From NCBI GenBank assembly GCA_963847445.1, contig CAWJZV010000002.1, positions 64,001 through 128,000 of the forward strand: DNA of 64,000 nucleotides. Direction: 5' to 3'. The notes under the pieces are model-generated. The model made no database searches and was not told where the DNA came from. It saw only the letters and a list, made by a program, of their open reading frames with translations. This DNA is from an uncultured delta proteobacterium. GTDB taxonomy: Bacteria; Desulfobacterota; Binatia; UBA9968. Below, piece by piece: positions 21,308-30,744 of this stretch; the stretch's first letter is position 1, and every line of letters begins with the position of its first letter. The position numbers and the translations under genes are program-made.

Positions 21308-22764
21308 TCAATTCGTTACGCCCAATAAGTCGTCCGGTCGATGGGAATATGCTGCAAGACTTCGCCCGGGCACGAAATCTTCAATTCGAATTCGCGCCAT
21401 GGCATCGTCGGGACATTTCGACACCGGCGAGAACGGCCGGTCCAATGGCTTCGTGGCATCGACGATCATCGCCGAGGTCTTGCGCGCGTCGACCATCGAC
21501 GGGTCGATCAAGCTGCCGCGCATGATCTCCTTGATGATCGACACTTGCAGGTGCGGCTGCACTCTGGTCGCGATCGCCCAGAGGATCTCCGTCGGATCGT
21601 AGACGTTGATGTCTTCGTCGAAGACAAAGACATTCTTGCACCAGTCCCAGGTCAACACCGCCGCCGCGGCGCGGCCGGGATCGCCCTCGGAGATTTTTTT
21701 CATCGAAATAAAAACGTTGAGCAGCGCATGCCGCCCGCTGGTGCAGACCGCCAGCACGCTCGGCACCGCTTCGCTGGCGCGGCGCAGGTAAGCGCCCTCG
21801 CGCGCCAGGTCCATCCACGGCTTGTCCCCTTCCGGCGTCAGGATCGACGTGTGCAGCGCACCGCGCCGCCGGGTGATGGCGCGCACTTCGTAGTGCGCCG
21901 ATTGCTGATAACCTTGCACGCCGAGATAACCATTCACTTCGCCGAACGGTCCTTCGACCATGCGCTTGCCGGGAAGCAGCGCGCCTTCGATGACGATTTC
22001 CGCATCGGCCGGTACCAGCAGGCGTTCGCCCCAGGTTTCCGACGGCGTCAGGCGCAGCGGCTCCTGCATGTAGCCGCCGATGATATCGTACTCGCTGATA
22101 TCGAACGGACCACCAAAACAGGCGCCCATTTGATAGGCCGGATGATGGCCGATCACCGTCGCCACCGGACATTCCTCGCCGGCTTCTTCGTGACCGCGAA
22201 AAATCCGCCACATATGTTGCAGCGTCATCAGGAAGCCGGTGTGGTTGCGGTCCTTCACTTCCATGCGGTGATAGGAGCAGTTGTAAACGCCGGTGTTGCG
22301 GTCTTTGGCGACGCTCGACATGTCGATATAAGGCCCGCCGTCCATCTCGTGATGCTTGAGCAATGGAAGTTCGTAGAGATCGACTTGATCGCCGGTTTGA
22401 ATAATCTCCTTCACCGGCGCCGCATCTTTACTGACGATCACCGGCCCGATCTTCCCCGCCTCCCGGCGCAAACATTCCCGCGCCATCTCCGCCCGCTTCA
22501 TGTCCGCCGGCAGCCCCAGCGCCACCTGAATCTTCTTCTGCGAATTCTCCGCGCTCATGACCACCTTCATGTCCGTCGGCTGCCCATGGGCGTTGAGCGG
22601 ATGTCTCGAAGATCAAAACCGGAAACTTCTTAAGCGCGCCAAGCTGCTTGACGATGGCGGTGATGTCGTAGGTGAGCGGATTGACGGGCTTGGAAATCGA
22701 AACGACTTCGCTCGGATAGCTCCGGCGCAAAGTCGTCAAGGAAGGTTCTTAGACTCTTAGGCAT
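21308..22764 (-). CDS. UbiD family decarboxylase; frameshifts near both ends
   Basis: DGGPY, SYHRM, PADAEIVIEG, EGPFGE and DEDINVYD..EILWAIATR. Confidence 0.85.
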
Positions 22765-22783
22765 GGAATTGATTCCCAATCAC

Positions 22784-22811
22784 GGACGGGCGATTCATGA
22801 ATCGCCCCTAC
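22784..22811. repeat. GTAG-type REP at the 3' end of the RAYT
   Basis: Reverse strand reads GTAGGGGCGATTCATGAATCGCCCGTCC. Confidence 0.85.
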
Positions 22812-23373
22812 GTTCCGATGCAACCGCGGCAAGGATTTTCATGGTCAAATTCCCACTGTGCCGGGTTGTCGGAAATGTATTGTCGAATGCGGATTAAGGA
22901 TTCATCGTCACGGATGACGTGTTCGTAGTAATTACGTTGCCACAGAGGCTGGCCTGACGATCCGCGTAGTGCATTGATCTGTTTTGCCGTAACCATTTTG
23001 AACCTGCCGAGAATCTTCGATAACAGCATGCGCCGGCGTTTCGCAATGGGCACCGGTGGTAGGGGCGATTCACGAATCGCCCCTACGGGTTCACCAATCA
23101 AGATAACCCCATGCAGGTGATTGGGCATGATCACGAATGCATCCAGTTCCATGCCTTTATAAAATTGCGGCAAACTATCCCATACCGCCTGAATGATCTG
23201 TCCCACCTCGTTCAATTGCATTTGCCTATTCACACGTCGCCAAACAAGCATTCACGATCCCTTGTGCAGACTGTAACGTAATAGGCTCCGGCCTGAGAAT
23301 AATCATATCCTTGCAGACGAATCGACCGACGGTTTCGCCCCTGCCCGGCTGGATCTTTTGCGGTTAGCTTCAG
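22808..23373 (-). mobile_element. REP-associated tyrosine transposase (RAYT, HUH/Y1); frameshift near 23235, start uncertain
   Basis: RRSIRLQGYDYSQAGAYYVTVCT, HUH motif MPNHLHG and WQRNYYEHVIR; flanked by GTAG REPs. Confidence 0.9.
23059..23086. repeat. GTAG-type REP in frame inside the RAYT gene
   Basis: GTAGGGGCGATTCACGAATCGCCCCTAC encodes VGAIRESPL. Confidence 0.9.
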
Positions 23374-23409
23374 GTGTCCTCCGTTGCACAATCGGTATTT
23401 TTATCGCAT

Positions 23410-23433
23410 GTAGGGGCGATTCACGAATCGCCC
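23410..23433. repeat. GTAG-type REP upstream of the RAYT
   Basis: GTAGGGGCGATTCACGAATCGCCC. Confidence 0.85.
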
Positions 23434-23578
23434 TTCCCGATTATCATCCCAATCTCATCTCAGCAGCCCCATCACCTCTTTCATGCTAGCTTCCTACCAC
23501 GCAAAGAATCATTCAGACAATACTATCGACAAGTTGCCGCAAAACAAACGACGCGGGACGTCGATGCTCTTTAGATTG

Positions 23579-23606
23579 TCCATTATCAATTATCCATTCT
23601 CCATTG
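23579..23606. repeat. Heptamer tandem repeat (TCMATTN x4)
   Basis: TCCATTA TCAATTA TCCATTC TCCATTG. Confidence 0.55.
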
Positions 23607-23669
23607 CACTCTTGCACTCCGCCCCGCGACTGAGTTATTTGAATAGAAAGAAGAAAAGGAGCAAAACCT

Positions 23670-24725
23670 ATGGGTATTCTCGAAAGAACCTACGGCAAAG
23701 ATAACAACGTCACGATCAACGAAGTCCTGATCTCGTCGGACTCCCACGTCATCGAACCGGCGGGGCTGTGGCAACGGGAGCTGCCGAAACAATTCGCCGA
23801 CCGGGCGCCGGACTTCGGCGGGCAGCGGCCCAACGACACACCGGGCGGCGCCCAGGACAAGAACAAGCGGGTCGCCGAGATGGCCGCTGACGGCGTCAGC
23901 GCTGAGGTTCTCTACGCCACCCACGGCTTGAAGTGTTTGAGCCTCGACGATCATGAGTTGGAGGCCGCCTGCGCGCGCGTCTACAACGATTGGCTGATCG
24001 ACTATTGCAGCGCCGCGCCGGACCGGCTCATCGGCATCGCCATGCTGTCGATGTACGACATGGACGGCGCAGTAAAAGAACTGGAACGCTGCCGCAAAGC
24101 CGGCATGCGCGGCTCGGTCATCTGGCAGGTGCCGCCGCCCGAGCTGCCGTTCTCTTCGCCGCACTACGACAAGTTTTGGGCCGCGTCTCAGGATCTCAAC
24201 ATGCCGGTCAACCTGCATATCTTGAGCGGCCATGGCTACAGCCGCAGCCGTTCCTTCGGCCAGGGCGACACGCCCACCGGCATGACCGCAGAGCACAACA
24301 GCGTCAACATGAAACTGTTCCAGTCGGTCGACAGCCTTTACGACCTGATCTATTCCGGCGTGTTGGAGCGCTTTCCTAAACTAAAAATTGTCCTGGTCGA
24401 AAACGAGCTCGGCTGGATTCCGTTCGTCTTGGAGCAGTGGGACTACTACTTCAAACGCCACGGCGCCAATCGCGCGGGCCTAGCGATCAAGAAGCTGCCG
24501 AGCGAATACTTCCACGGCCAGATCTACACGACCTTCTTCAACGACGCCGTCGGCGGCCACACGCTGACCTGGTGGGGCCAGGACAACTGCATGTGGTCCA
24601 ATGACTTTCCGCACGGCAACTCGACGTGGCCCAAGTCGCGCGAGGTCATCGCCCGCGATCTAGGCAACCTGCCCGCAGAGGTGCGCGCCAAACTGGTGCG
24701 TGAAAACGTCGCTAAGGTTGTATAA
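23670..24725 (+). CDS. Amidohydrolase family 2 protein (probable terminal frameshift; true end about 24753)
   Basis: ISSDSHVIEP, YNDWL, PVNLH, GVLERFPKLKIVLVE and MWSNDFPH. Confidence 0.9.
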   Translation: MGILERTYGKDNNVTINEVLISSDSHVIEPAGLWQRELPKQFADRAPDFGGQRPNDTPGGAQDKNKRVAEMAADGVSAEVLYATHGLKCLSLDDHELEAACARVYNDWLIDYCSAAPDRLIGIAMLSMYDMDGAVKELERCRKAGMRGSVIWQVPPPELPFSSPHYDKFWAASQDLNMPVNLHILSGHGYSRSRSFGQGDTPTGMTAEHNSVNMKLFQSVDSLYDLIYSGVLERFPKLKIVLVENELGWIPFVLEQWDYYFKRHGANRAGLAIKKLPSEYFHGQIYTTFFNDAVGGHTLTWWGQDNCMWSNDFPHGNSTWPKSREVIARDLGNLPAEVRAKLVRENVAKVV

Positions 24726-24765
24726 CATTCCGGTACCGACGCCGGTTCAGTAACTTGGAAAACAG

Positions 24766-24801
24766 GTCAGTACCGGTTCGTTACGACGGGCCGGTACTGA
24801 C
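24766..24801. repeat. Palindrome (REP-like or terminator hairpin)
   Basis: GTCAGTACCGGTTCG TTACGA CGGGCCGGTACTGAC. Confidence 0.6.
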
Positions 24802-24918
24802 TCATCCTTCAGCAAATCTCATTTCAGCCGCCGCGAAACTCTGGGATAGAGACAAGAACCGGCACTGAAATCGCATTTCCTGACAATTAGCCCGGTTGCC
24901 GACAATTTCAGAGGCAAG

Positions 24919-24947
24919 TTGACCAATTTAGCTGTAATAGCTAAAAT
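24919..24947 (+). promoter_or_regulatory. Sigma70 promoter with overlapping palindromic operator of the TA operon
   Basis: TTGACC-17 bp-TAAAAT; inverted repeat TTTAGCT-N5-AGCTAAA at 24927-24945. Confidence 0.65.
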
Positions 24948-24967
24948 GGTCGATATGGAGGATTGCC

Positions 24968-25351
24968 ATGTCATCTCTAGGGTTCAGAAATAGCCGGGGT
25001 GCCTGGGTTACGGTATCCACCGTCGCCGCTACCACAGTTAAGAACGAATTTGGCACGATCCTCGACAGGGCCATGCGGGACGGCGCCGTCGCGATCACGC
25101 GCCACGACACCGCAAGGGCGGTGCTGCTGTCTTACGAGGAGTTCGAGTCGCTTACGAAGGCCCGCTCGCGTAACTTGGACAGCCTCAGCGATGAGTTCGA
25201 TGATTTACTGGAAACGATGCAGAGCCCAAAGGCTAAGAAAGCCATGATGGCGGCGTTTGAGTCTTCGCCCGCGGAGCTCGGTCGCAGCGCCGTCAAAGCA
25301 GCGGCCAAAGGTTCCCTGACTCGAAAGCCGCGCAGATCGCGCGCTGCCTAA
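24968..25351 (+). CDS. Phd/YefM family antitoxin
   Basis: TVAATTVKNEFGTILDRA...AVAITRHD...AVLLSYEEF. Confidence 0.85.
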   Translation: MSSLGFRNSRGAWVTVSTVAATTVKNEFGTILDRAMRDGAVAITRHDTARAVLLSYEEFESLTKARSRNLDSLSDEFDDLLETMQSPKAKKAMMAAFESSPAELGRSAVKAAAKGSLTRKPRRSRAA

Positions 25352-25370
25352 ACGACATCCCAACTCTTGC

Positions 25371-26021
25371 ATGGCCGCCGCCAGAGGATCGAGCATCTAC
25401 GTCATCGCCGGCGTCAACGGCGCCGGCAAGAGCAGCATCGGCGGTGCAAGAGTTCGCGATCTCGGCACCGATTACTACAACCCCGACGAAGCGGCGAGCC
25501 GCCTGTTGGCGCGCGACCCGAGCCTATCTCAATCGGACGCCAACAGCGCAGCCTGGCACCAAGGCGTCAGACTGTTGCGCCGAGCCATCGCTGAGCGCAA
25601 AGATTTCATCTTCGAGACCACGCTCGGCGCCAACACGATCCCCCGTCTGCTTCTGGAAGCGGCAGCACAAAGTATCGAGATTCATGTTTGGTACGTTGGC
25701 CTGGCCAATGCCCAACTACACATCGAGCGAGTTGAAGCTCGCGTCCGCCGCGGCGGCCACGCCATCGCACCGGAGCTGATTGAGCGCCGCTTCGAGCAAA
25801 GCCGGATCAACCTGATAGAGTTGCTGCCACATTTAAGCGAACTGCGCGTCTACGACAACAGCGTCGATGCCGATCCAGCAACCGGGAAGTGCCCCAAACC
25901 CAAACTACTGCTGCACATGAAAGCCGGCAGAATCCTGAACTTCGAAAACCTCAACGACACTCCCCATTGGGCTAAGCCGATCGTCGCCGCGGCATTGAAG
26001 CTCCACAAGTCCAAACGCTGA
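25371..26021 (+). CDS. Zeta toxin-like/AAA P-loop kinase (putative toxin)
   Basis: AGVNGAGKSS Walker A, NPDE, FETTL, RVEARVRRGGH and VYDNS. Confidence 0.8.
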   Translation: MAAARGSSIYVIAGVNGAGKSSIGGARVRDLGTDYYNPDEAASRLLARDPSLSQSDANSAAWHQGVRLLRRAIAERKDFIFETTLGANTIPRLLLEAAAQSIEIHVWYVGLANAQLHIERVEARVRRGGHAIAPELIERRFEQSRINLIELLPHLSELRVYDNSVDADPATGKCPKPKLLLHMKAGRILNFENLNDTPHWAKPIVAAALKLHKSKR

Positions 26022-26172
26022 TACGTGATCAGAATGTTGCGAATATCAAAAAGCTACTAGAGGTGTCGAGACTATTCCGGTCTCTTCACCGGAACTAGAA
26101 TGCTACAGGCAAGAAGGCAAGGCCAGAGCCCCAAATCCATCGACTGCTCGATCAGCCAATCGTAGCTTATCA

Positions 26173-26288
26173 ATCAAGTTAATATAGTGAGCTGGGTTCG
26201 AACCCCGCTCACGACCAAAGGGGATGCTCGTCCCCCTTTGGAAACCCCATCAATATTGTGCCCGCCCCAAGGGACGGGGAAAACTTGA
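26173..26288 (-). mobile_element. Non-autonomous three-hairpin element (diverged copy, 116 bp)
   Basis: Same architecture and ends as the copies at 35069, 49044 and 56330. Confidence 0.7.
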
Positions 26289-26289
26289 T

Positions 26290-27720
26290 TCAACTAATAC
26301 CCGCCAGGTCCTTCGCCAATCTAACGAACGGGCTTAGATCGTAGGCACTCACGAGCCTCTGTTTGTTGGTGGCCAGGCTGGCGACGTTGTACATCTCAAA
26401 TAGCAGCTGGCGGGAACCAAACGAGTCGCAGGCATACTCCCACGCCAGCTTCAACATGCGAAACATTTCTTGCGTGCGCTCGTTCTCCCCCACGAAATAG
26501 CGCTGGATTTGCTGACCGACCTCGGGATTATTCATATCGGCCTGGCTCGGTGACATCAGGATACCGGAGCCGCACAGCTCCCGTATCAACTGTAACATCT
26601 GGGGATAGCCCTCTATCGAGAAGATGCGGGCTGCTTGCGCCGGTGTCCAGTTAGGCAGGGTCAAGCCCGATTGAGAGCGAATAGGGTTCATTTCCGCGGC
26701 ATGGATGAATGCTCTCAACGTCTCCATGTAGACGATGGCGTCGGCCAAGGCTATTTGCACATGCGGTTGTTTGGAAGTGCCGAGATATTCGGCCATCGCC
26801 GCGCAGATGCCGAGCAACACCTCCGCTTTGACCGCCAGCCGAACTAGAACATACCATGGCCCGATGCCCATGGCTCCTTGGAAGAGCCGCGCGTACAGAC
26901 CAGGATCTTCGGGATGGGATTGACGCAAATAGAAGACCCGATCCCAAGGGATAAACACGTTGTCGAACAGCACCATGGCGTCCATCTCGTCCCAGTGCGG
27001 ACTCAGCGGATGGTCCTCAGGGTTGGGTGGCGTCATGGATTGGCGGCAAACGAGCTGGATGCCTTGGGCATTCACCGGCACTGCGAAATAGACCACCTCA
27101 TCGGGCTGAAGGTTGGGTCGTGGCTGGGTCAGGCAGAGGATTTCATTGGCGTAGGGTGCCTGGGTTCCCACGCCTTTGGCCCCGCGCACGACGATGCCGT
27201 CGGATCGCCGCTCCACCACCCTCAAGTATTCTTGCTTGGATTCCGGATGGCTTCGGTGATGAAACGGATCGTTGAAAATGGTGGCGATGCTCAAATCGTT
27301 TTCGCGGCAATACTCGAAGTAGCGCGTGACATTCTCCGCGAAAACCGGATTCTCGTGGCCGAAGATGTCGCGGCTGTCGTGCAGCCCCAAAATAACCGTA
27401 GCCAAGTGCTGCGGCAGACGAGCCGCCACACCTCCAGCACGGCGCACTAGGAACTCGTACATCTTGCGCTGCCGGGTCAGATCGTCCACCGATTGCGGCA
27501 GCAGGTAAGCCAGACTTACCCGCTCGCCCGTCACCGGCGAAGGCATCGTCAGCAGCTCCTGATGGGCCGGATCATGCTGCAGGTCATAAACCGCGGCAAC
27601 GCTGCGAGCACAGCCAGCCAAACTCGGATGCGCCGTGACGTCCACCAATTCGCCTTGCAGCCACACCCGACGCCCGTCTCTAAGACTTTCGAGATACCCT
27701 TCTCCACGACGTATAGACAT
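26290..27720 (-). CDS. 4-hydroxyphenylacetate 3-hydroxylase (HpaB/PvcC) family FADH2-dependent monooxygenase
   Basis: GEGYLESLRDGR, DGIVVRGAK, DHPLS..DEMDA..FDNVFIPW and FGSRQ. Confidence 0.9.
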   Translation of the reverse strand: MSIRRGEGYLESLRDGRRVWLQGELVDVTAHPSLAGCARSVAAVYDLQHDPAHQELLTMPSPVTGERVSLAYLLPQSVDDLTRQRKMYEFLVRRAGGVAARLPQHLATVILGLHDSRDIFGHENPVFAENVTRYFEYCRENDLSIATIFNDPFHHRSHPESKQEYLRVVERRSDGIVVRGAKGVGTQAPYANEILCLTQPRPNLQPDEVVYFAVPVNAQGIQLVCRQSMTPPNPEDHPLSPHWDEMDAMVLFDNVFIPWDRVFYLRQSHPEDPGLYARLFQGAMGIGPWYVLVRLAVKAEVLLGICAAMAEYLGTSKQPHVQIALADAIVYMETLRAFIHAAEMNPIRSQSGLTLPNWTPAQAARIFSIEGYPQMLQLIRELCGSGILMSPSQADMNNPEVGQQIQRYFVGENERTQEMFRMLKLAWEYACDSFGSRQLLFEMYNVASLATNKQRLVSAYDLSPFVRLAKDLAGIS

Positions 27721-28068
27721 TTACACAACTCTCAGTCAAAAATTGCGGTTACCAAAAATGAATGCGACCCGTGTTAGCGGCGAGCCCTTCAGCTCGGTCG
27801 AAACTATCCGATAACTTGAAACAATGTCAATTTGCCGGGAAAGCGAGGCCGGATGGAAGGCGGCCCCGACTGCGCCAGTGTGCTATTGAAAACTCGCTTG
27901 TGGGCTAAACCGAGTCTATACGGAACTTAACGTTCAGCATAAGCGGCCGCGATAGCGCTTCGTCCTATTGCTGTTGTTCGGAAGCAGTTGACATACTCAA
28001 CGAGTATCATTCAAAACGCATAAAGCTTCCTGTGTCGCTATGGCCAGGATCGCCAAGGATCGGTCTTG

Positions 28069-28466
28069 TTATCGCCCAAAATCTTCCGCCCTCAATTCAA
28101 TCGGTTTGCCATGCGGCGTTCGCTGCATCGCGCGCTCCCAGGCTTGAAAATGTTCGGTAAGCGCTTGCGTCGACGCCGCGCCTTTTGCCGCGACCATGCG
28201 TTCGAGGGTCGCGAGCCAATGGTGGTAGTAGGTTTCGCCGGTGTCGGGATCGCCGGCGGCCTGGGCTTTTTTAATTTCCTCGCCAAGCATCGCGGACCAC
28301 TCGGGCCAGACGAACAGACCTTTTTCGTGCAGCGCCAGCGCCATGGCGAACGCATGGGCTTCCCAGGGCGCGCGAAAGACTGGGCCGTTTGCGTCGCGCG
28401 GAATGCCGGGAACGGCTTCGGCGGCGCGCCGCGCGGATTCTGGTTCAAGTACAACGTTTCAGACAT
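28069..28466 (-). CDS. Nitrile hydratase accessory protein (P14K/NhlE-like); frameshifted
   Basis: F.WPEWS..LGEEI, YYHHWLATLE and RTPHGKPIEL; ATG overlaps the beta-subunit stop. Confidence 0.8.
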
Positions 28467-29117
28467 GTTCGAGATAAGGTTCAAAGGCTTCGATGGAGAC
28501 TTTCGACTTTGGCTCGGCGTCCGCGCCCCAGAGCTCTTGAGCATCGAAGCGCACGGTGTAAAGCCACTGCGGATCGTCGCCTTTACCGGCGGCTACCGAA
28601 TCGGGAAAGGCGTGGGTGCCATGCAGGCGCTCGACGACGCCTACGTGGCCACGCGCATAGCGCGGCAGGCGCGTGTGTGTTTGGGATGAATGTTCTTCGT
28701 GCGCACGCGGTCGCCGAGCTTGAATTTGGCCGGTCCTTGGGCCGGCCGGTAAAACGAGCCGCGTTTGGTGACCTTGTCGACATCGTCCAGTGAGAATGGC
28801 CCACGAGTTAAATTTTTCGCCGGACGCAGGGCGCGGCCCGCCTCGACTTCGTCAGCGTCGATGAGACCGCGCTCGATGAGCAGGTTTTGATTGCGGACAA
28901 ACCATTTCTCGTAGTAGGGCCGACTTAGATAAAAAGCCGGCGCCATCATCTCGATGGCATAGCGGCTGGTGTCGATGGTCCAGGCGCGGAAGACGCCAAT
29001 CGCCCGGCTCATCGCCAGCACGCGTCCCTCCCAGCGATGATGAAAAACCGGCTCGTTGGGCTCGGGCTCGACCTTGCCGAAACCGTCCATGCCGCCCATG
29101 TCGTGGACGCCGTCCAT
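28459..29117 (-). CDS. nthB: Nitrile hydratase subunit beta; frameshifted in the 3' third
   Basis: MDGVHDMGGMDGFG, FHHRWEGR, YYEKW and PQWLYTVRF..ELWG..EPYLE. Confidence 0.9.
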
Positions 29118-29743
29118 CAGGCCACCTCGCTTGGGTTTTTCGGCAGGCCGGTGCCGACCATACTGTCGCGCGTAATCAACTTGGCAAGCTGCGCCTCGCT
29201 CCAGCCTTCGGTTCCAGCCGGACGCATGGGCACAACCAGGTATCGGGTCTCTGCCGTCGAATCCCAAACCCGGACCTCTGTCTCAGCAGGCAAGGTTACA
29301 CCGAAATCCGCCAGGACCGCGCGCGGTTCTTTCACCACGCGCGAGCGATAAGCGAAGGACTTGTACCAGGTCGGCGGCAGGCCGAGCACATCGGTCGGAT
29401 AACAGGAGCACAGCGTGCAGACGATCATATTGTGCTGCTGCGGCGTGTTCTCGACGGCAATCAGGTGCTCGCCCACGCGCCCGACTTGTTGCGCTATCGT
29501 CGCCACCGCCTTGCTCGCGTCGTCGAGAAGAGCTTGGCGAAACCCAGGATCGCACCACGCCTTGGCGATCACCTGCGCGCCGATATGCGGGCCGATTTTG
29601 GTTTCGTAAAGCTCGACGATGCGGTCGAGCGCGGCGGGTTCGATATAGCCCTTATCGACGAGAATCGTTTCCAGCGCGCGCACCCGGAGATCCATCTCGG
29701 TTAGATTGGAGCCCTCATCGTGATCATGTTCATGTTCAGCCAT
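29117..29743 (-). CDS. nthA: Nitrile hydratase subunit alpha, cobalt type
   Basis: Metal-binding motif VCTLCSCY (Thr/Tyr indicates Co type), LGLPPTWYKS and VWDSTAE. Confidence 0.95.
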   Translation of the reverse strand: MAEHEHDHDEGSNLTEMDLRVRALETILVDKGYIEPAALDRIVELYETKIGPHIGAQVIAKAWCDPGFRQALLDDASKAVATIAQQVGRVGEHLIAVENTPQQHNMIVCTLCSCYPTDVLGLPPTWYKSFAYRSRVVKEPRAVLADFGVTLPAETEVRVWDSTAETRYLVVPMRPAGTEGWSEAQLAKLITRDSMVGTGLPKNPSEVA

Positions 29744-30000
29744 GGGCGAAATATAGCCAACGAAAGCTTCGGCGTCTACCAGAAAACGAAAGCGCGGATA
29801 CCAGCCACCTAATCAAGGGACCCGGTCAGGTCTAGATTCGCGACCGCCAACAGGCGATTTTTTGACGACGATCGGGATCGCACGCCTCTCTTGAAATAGA
29901 TCTCATTTCGTCTGAATGTTTGGTACTTGCCCAAAACTATCCAAGCGTTGTATGATTATGACATTCGAACCATCCACGACTAGAACTTGTGCGTTAAATT

Positions 30001-30276
30001 ATGACCGATAAACAATTGATCTCCCGGGTGCGAGTCGATCCGAGGATCTGCTCGGGCCGTCCCTATATTTACGGCACCAGAATACATATCGCGATCATTC
30101 TCGACGCGCTCAGCGAAGGCCTTGCTCCGGAAGAAGTCCTCGAACACTACCCCGATCTTGAGACGGACGATCTGCGCGCCGCCGTCGCCTACGCCTGCAA
30201 GCTCGCTGAGGAGAATGGCGGGTTGGCGGTGCTTCACCCGCAACGCAGCATCAAAGAGTGCTGTCAGCTAAGATGA
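30001..30276 (+). CDS. DUF433 domain protein (antitoxin-like HTH)
   Basis: RVRVDPRICSGRPYIYGTRI...EEVLEHYPDL..DDLRAAVAY. Confidence 0.85.
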   Translation: MTDKQLISRVRVDPRICSGRPYIYGTRIHIAIILDALSEGLAPEEVLEHYPDLETDDLRAAVAYACKLAEENGGLAVLHPQRSIKECCQLR

Positions 30277-30671
30277 CATGAATCGCGCTGGGTTCTAGCC
30301 AAACCGTCACCGTGGACTCCCTCACTCAGGTCGCAGAACTGACCGCGCGGCCGTTCTACCGAGCCGACAAGTTCAAACCCAGGGCAATCGATAACCATGC
30401 GGTGATGTTCGCGGGCGCTGAAGATCTCCCGGATCTTTCCGTCAAATCTAAGTGGGCTACCCTGACCTGGCCCGGACGACGCGACACGCACAGCGTTGGC
30501 GCGGATAGAGAGATTTACCCGCGATCCCACGAGAAATTTCTCCGATACCAGTATAGCTAGCGCACCGATCGCAACTCTGGTGGATTTTCCATCCGACGCT
30601 CCGACGGTTCCGGCGAGGCAATTTTCCAAGCCGACTATTGCGGCGACCAGATCGTTTGAAACTACTATCAC
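30264..30671 (-). pseudogene. Remnant of the C-terminal TOBE-like region of an ABC ATPase (ModC/WtpC-like)
   Basis: VAAIVGLENCL.G.V and SIRANAV pattern; no N-terminal ATPase domain upstream. Confidence 0.4.
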
Positions 30672-30744
30672 ACAAACTCACGCGCTTCCGCCGGCGGCGT
30701 GCGGCTGTCTGAGCCGGTAGATCATCGTCCGTGACATGTGCGCC

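Noticed and set aside
26190-26212. GGGTTCGAACCCC resembling a tRNA T-arm
   Set aside because: No cloverleaf, acceptor stem or CCA; it is a hairpin of the 117-bp element family.
27925-27982. attC-like sequence ACTTAAC...GTTCGGA
   Set aside because: The inner boxes pair poorly, and there is no cassette array or integron integrase; at most a degenerate relic.
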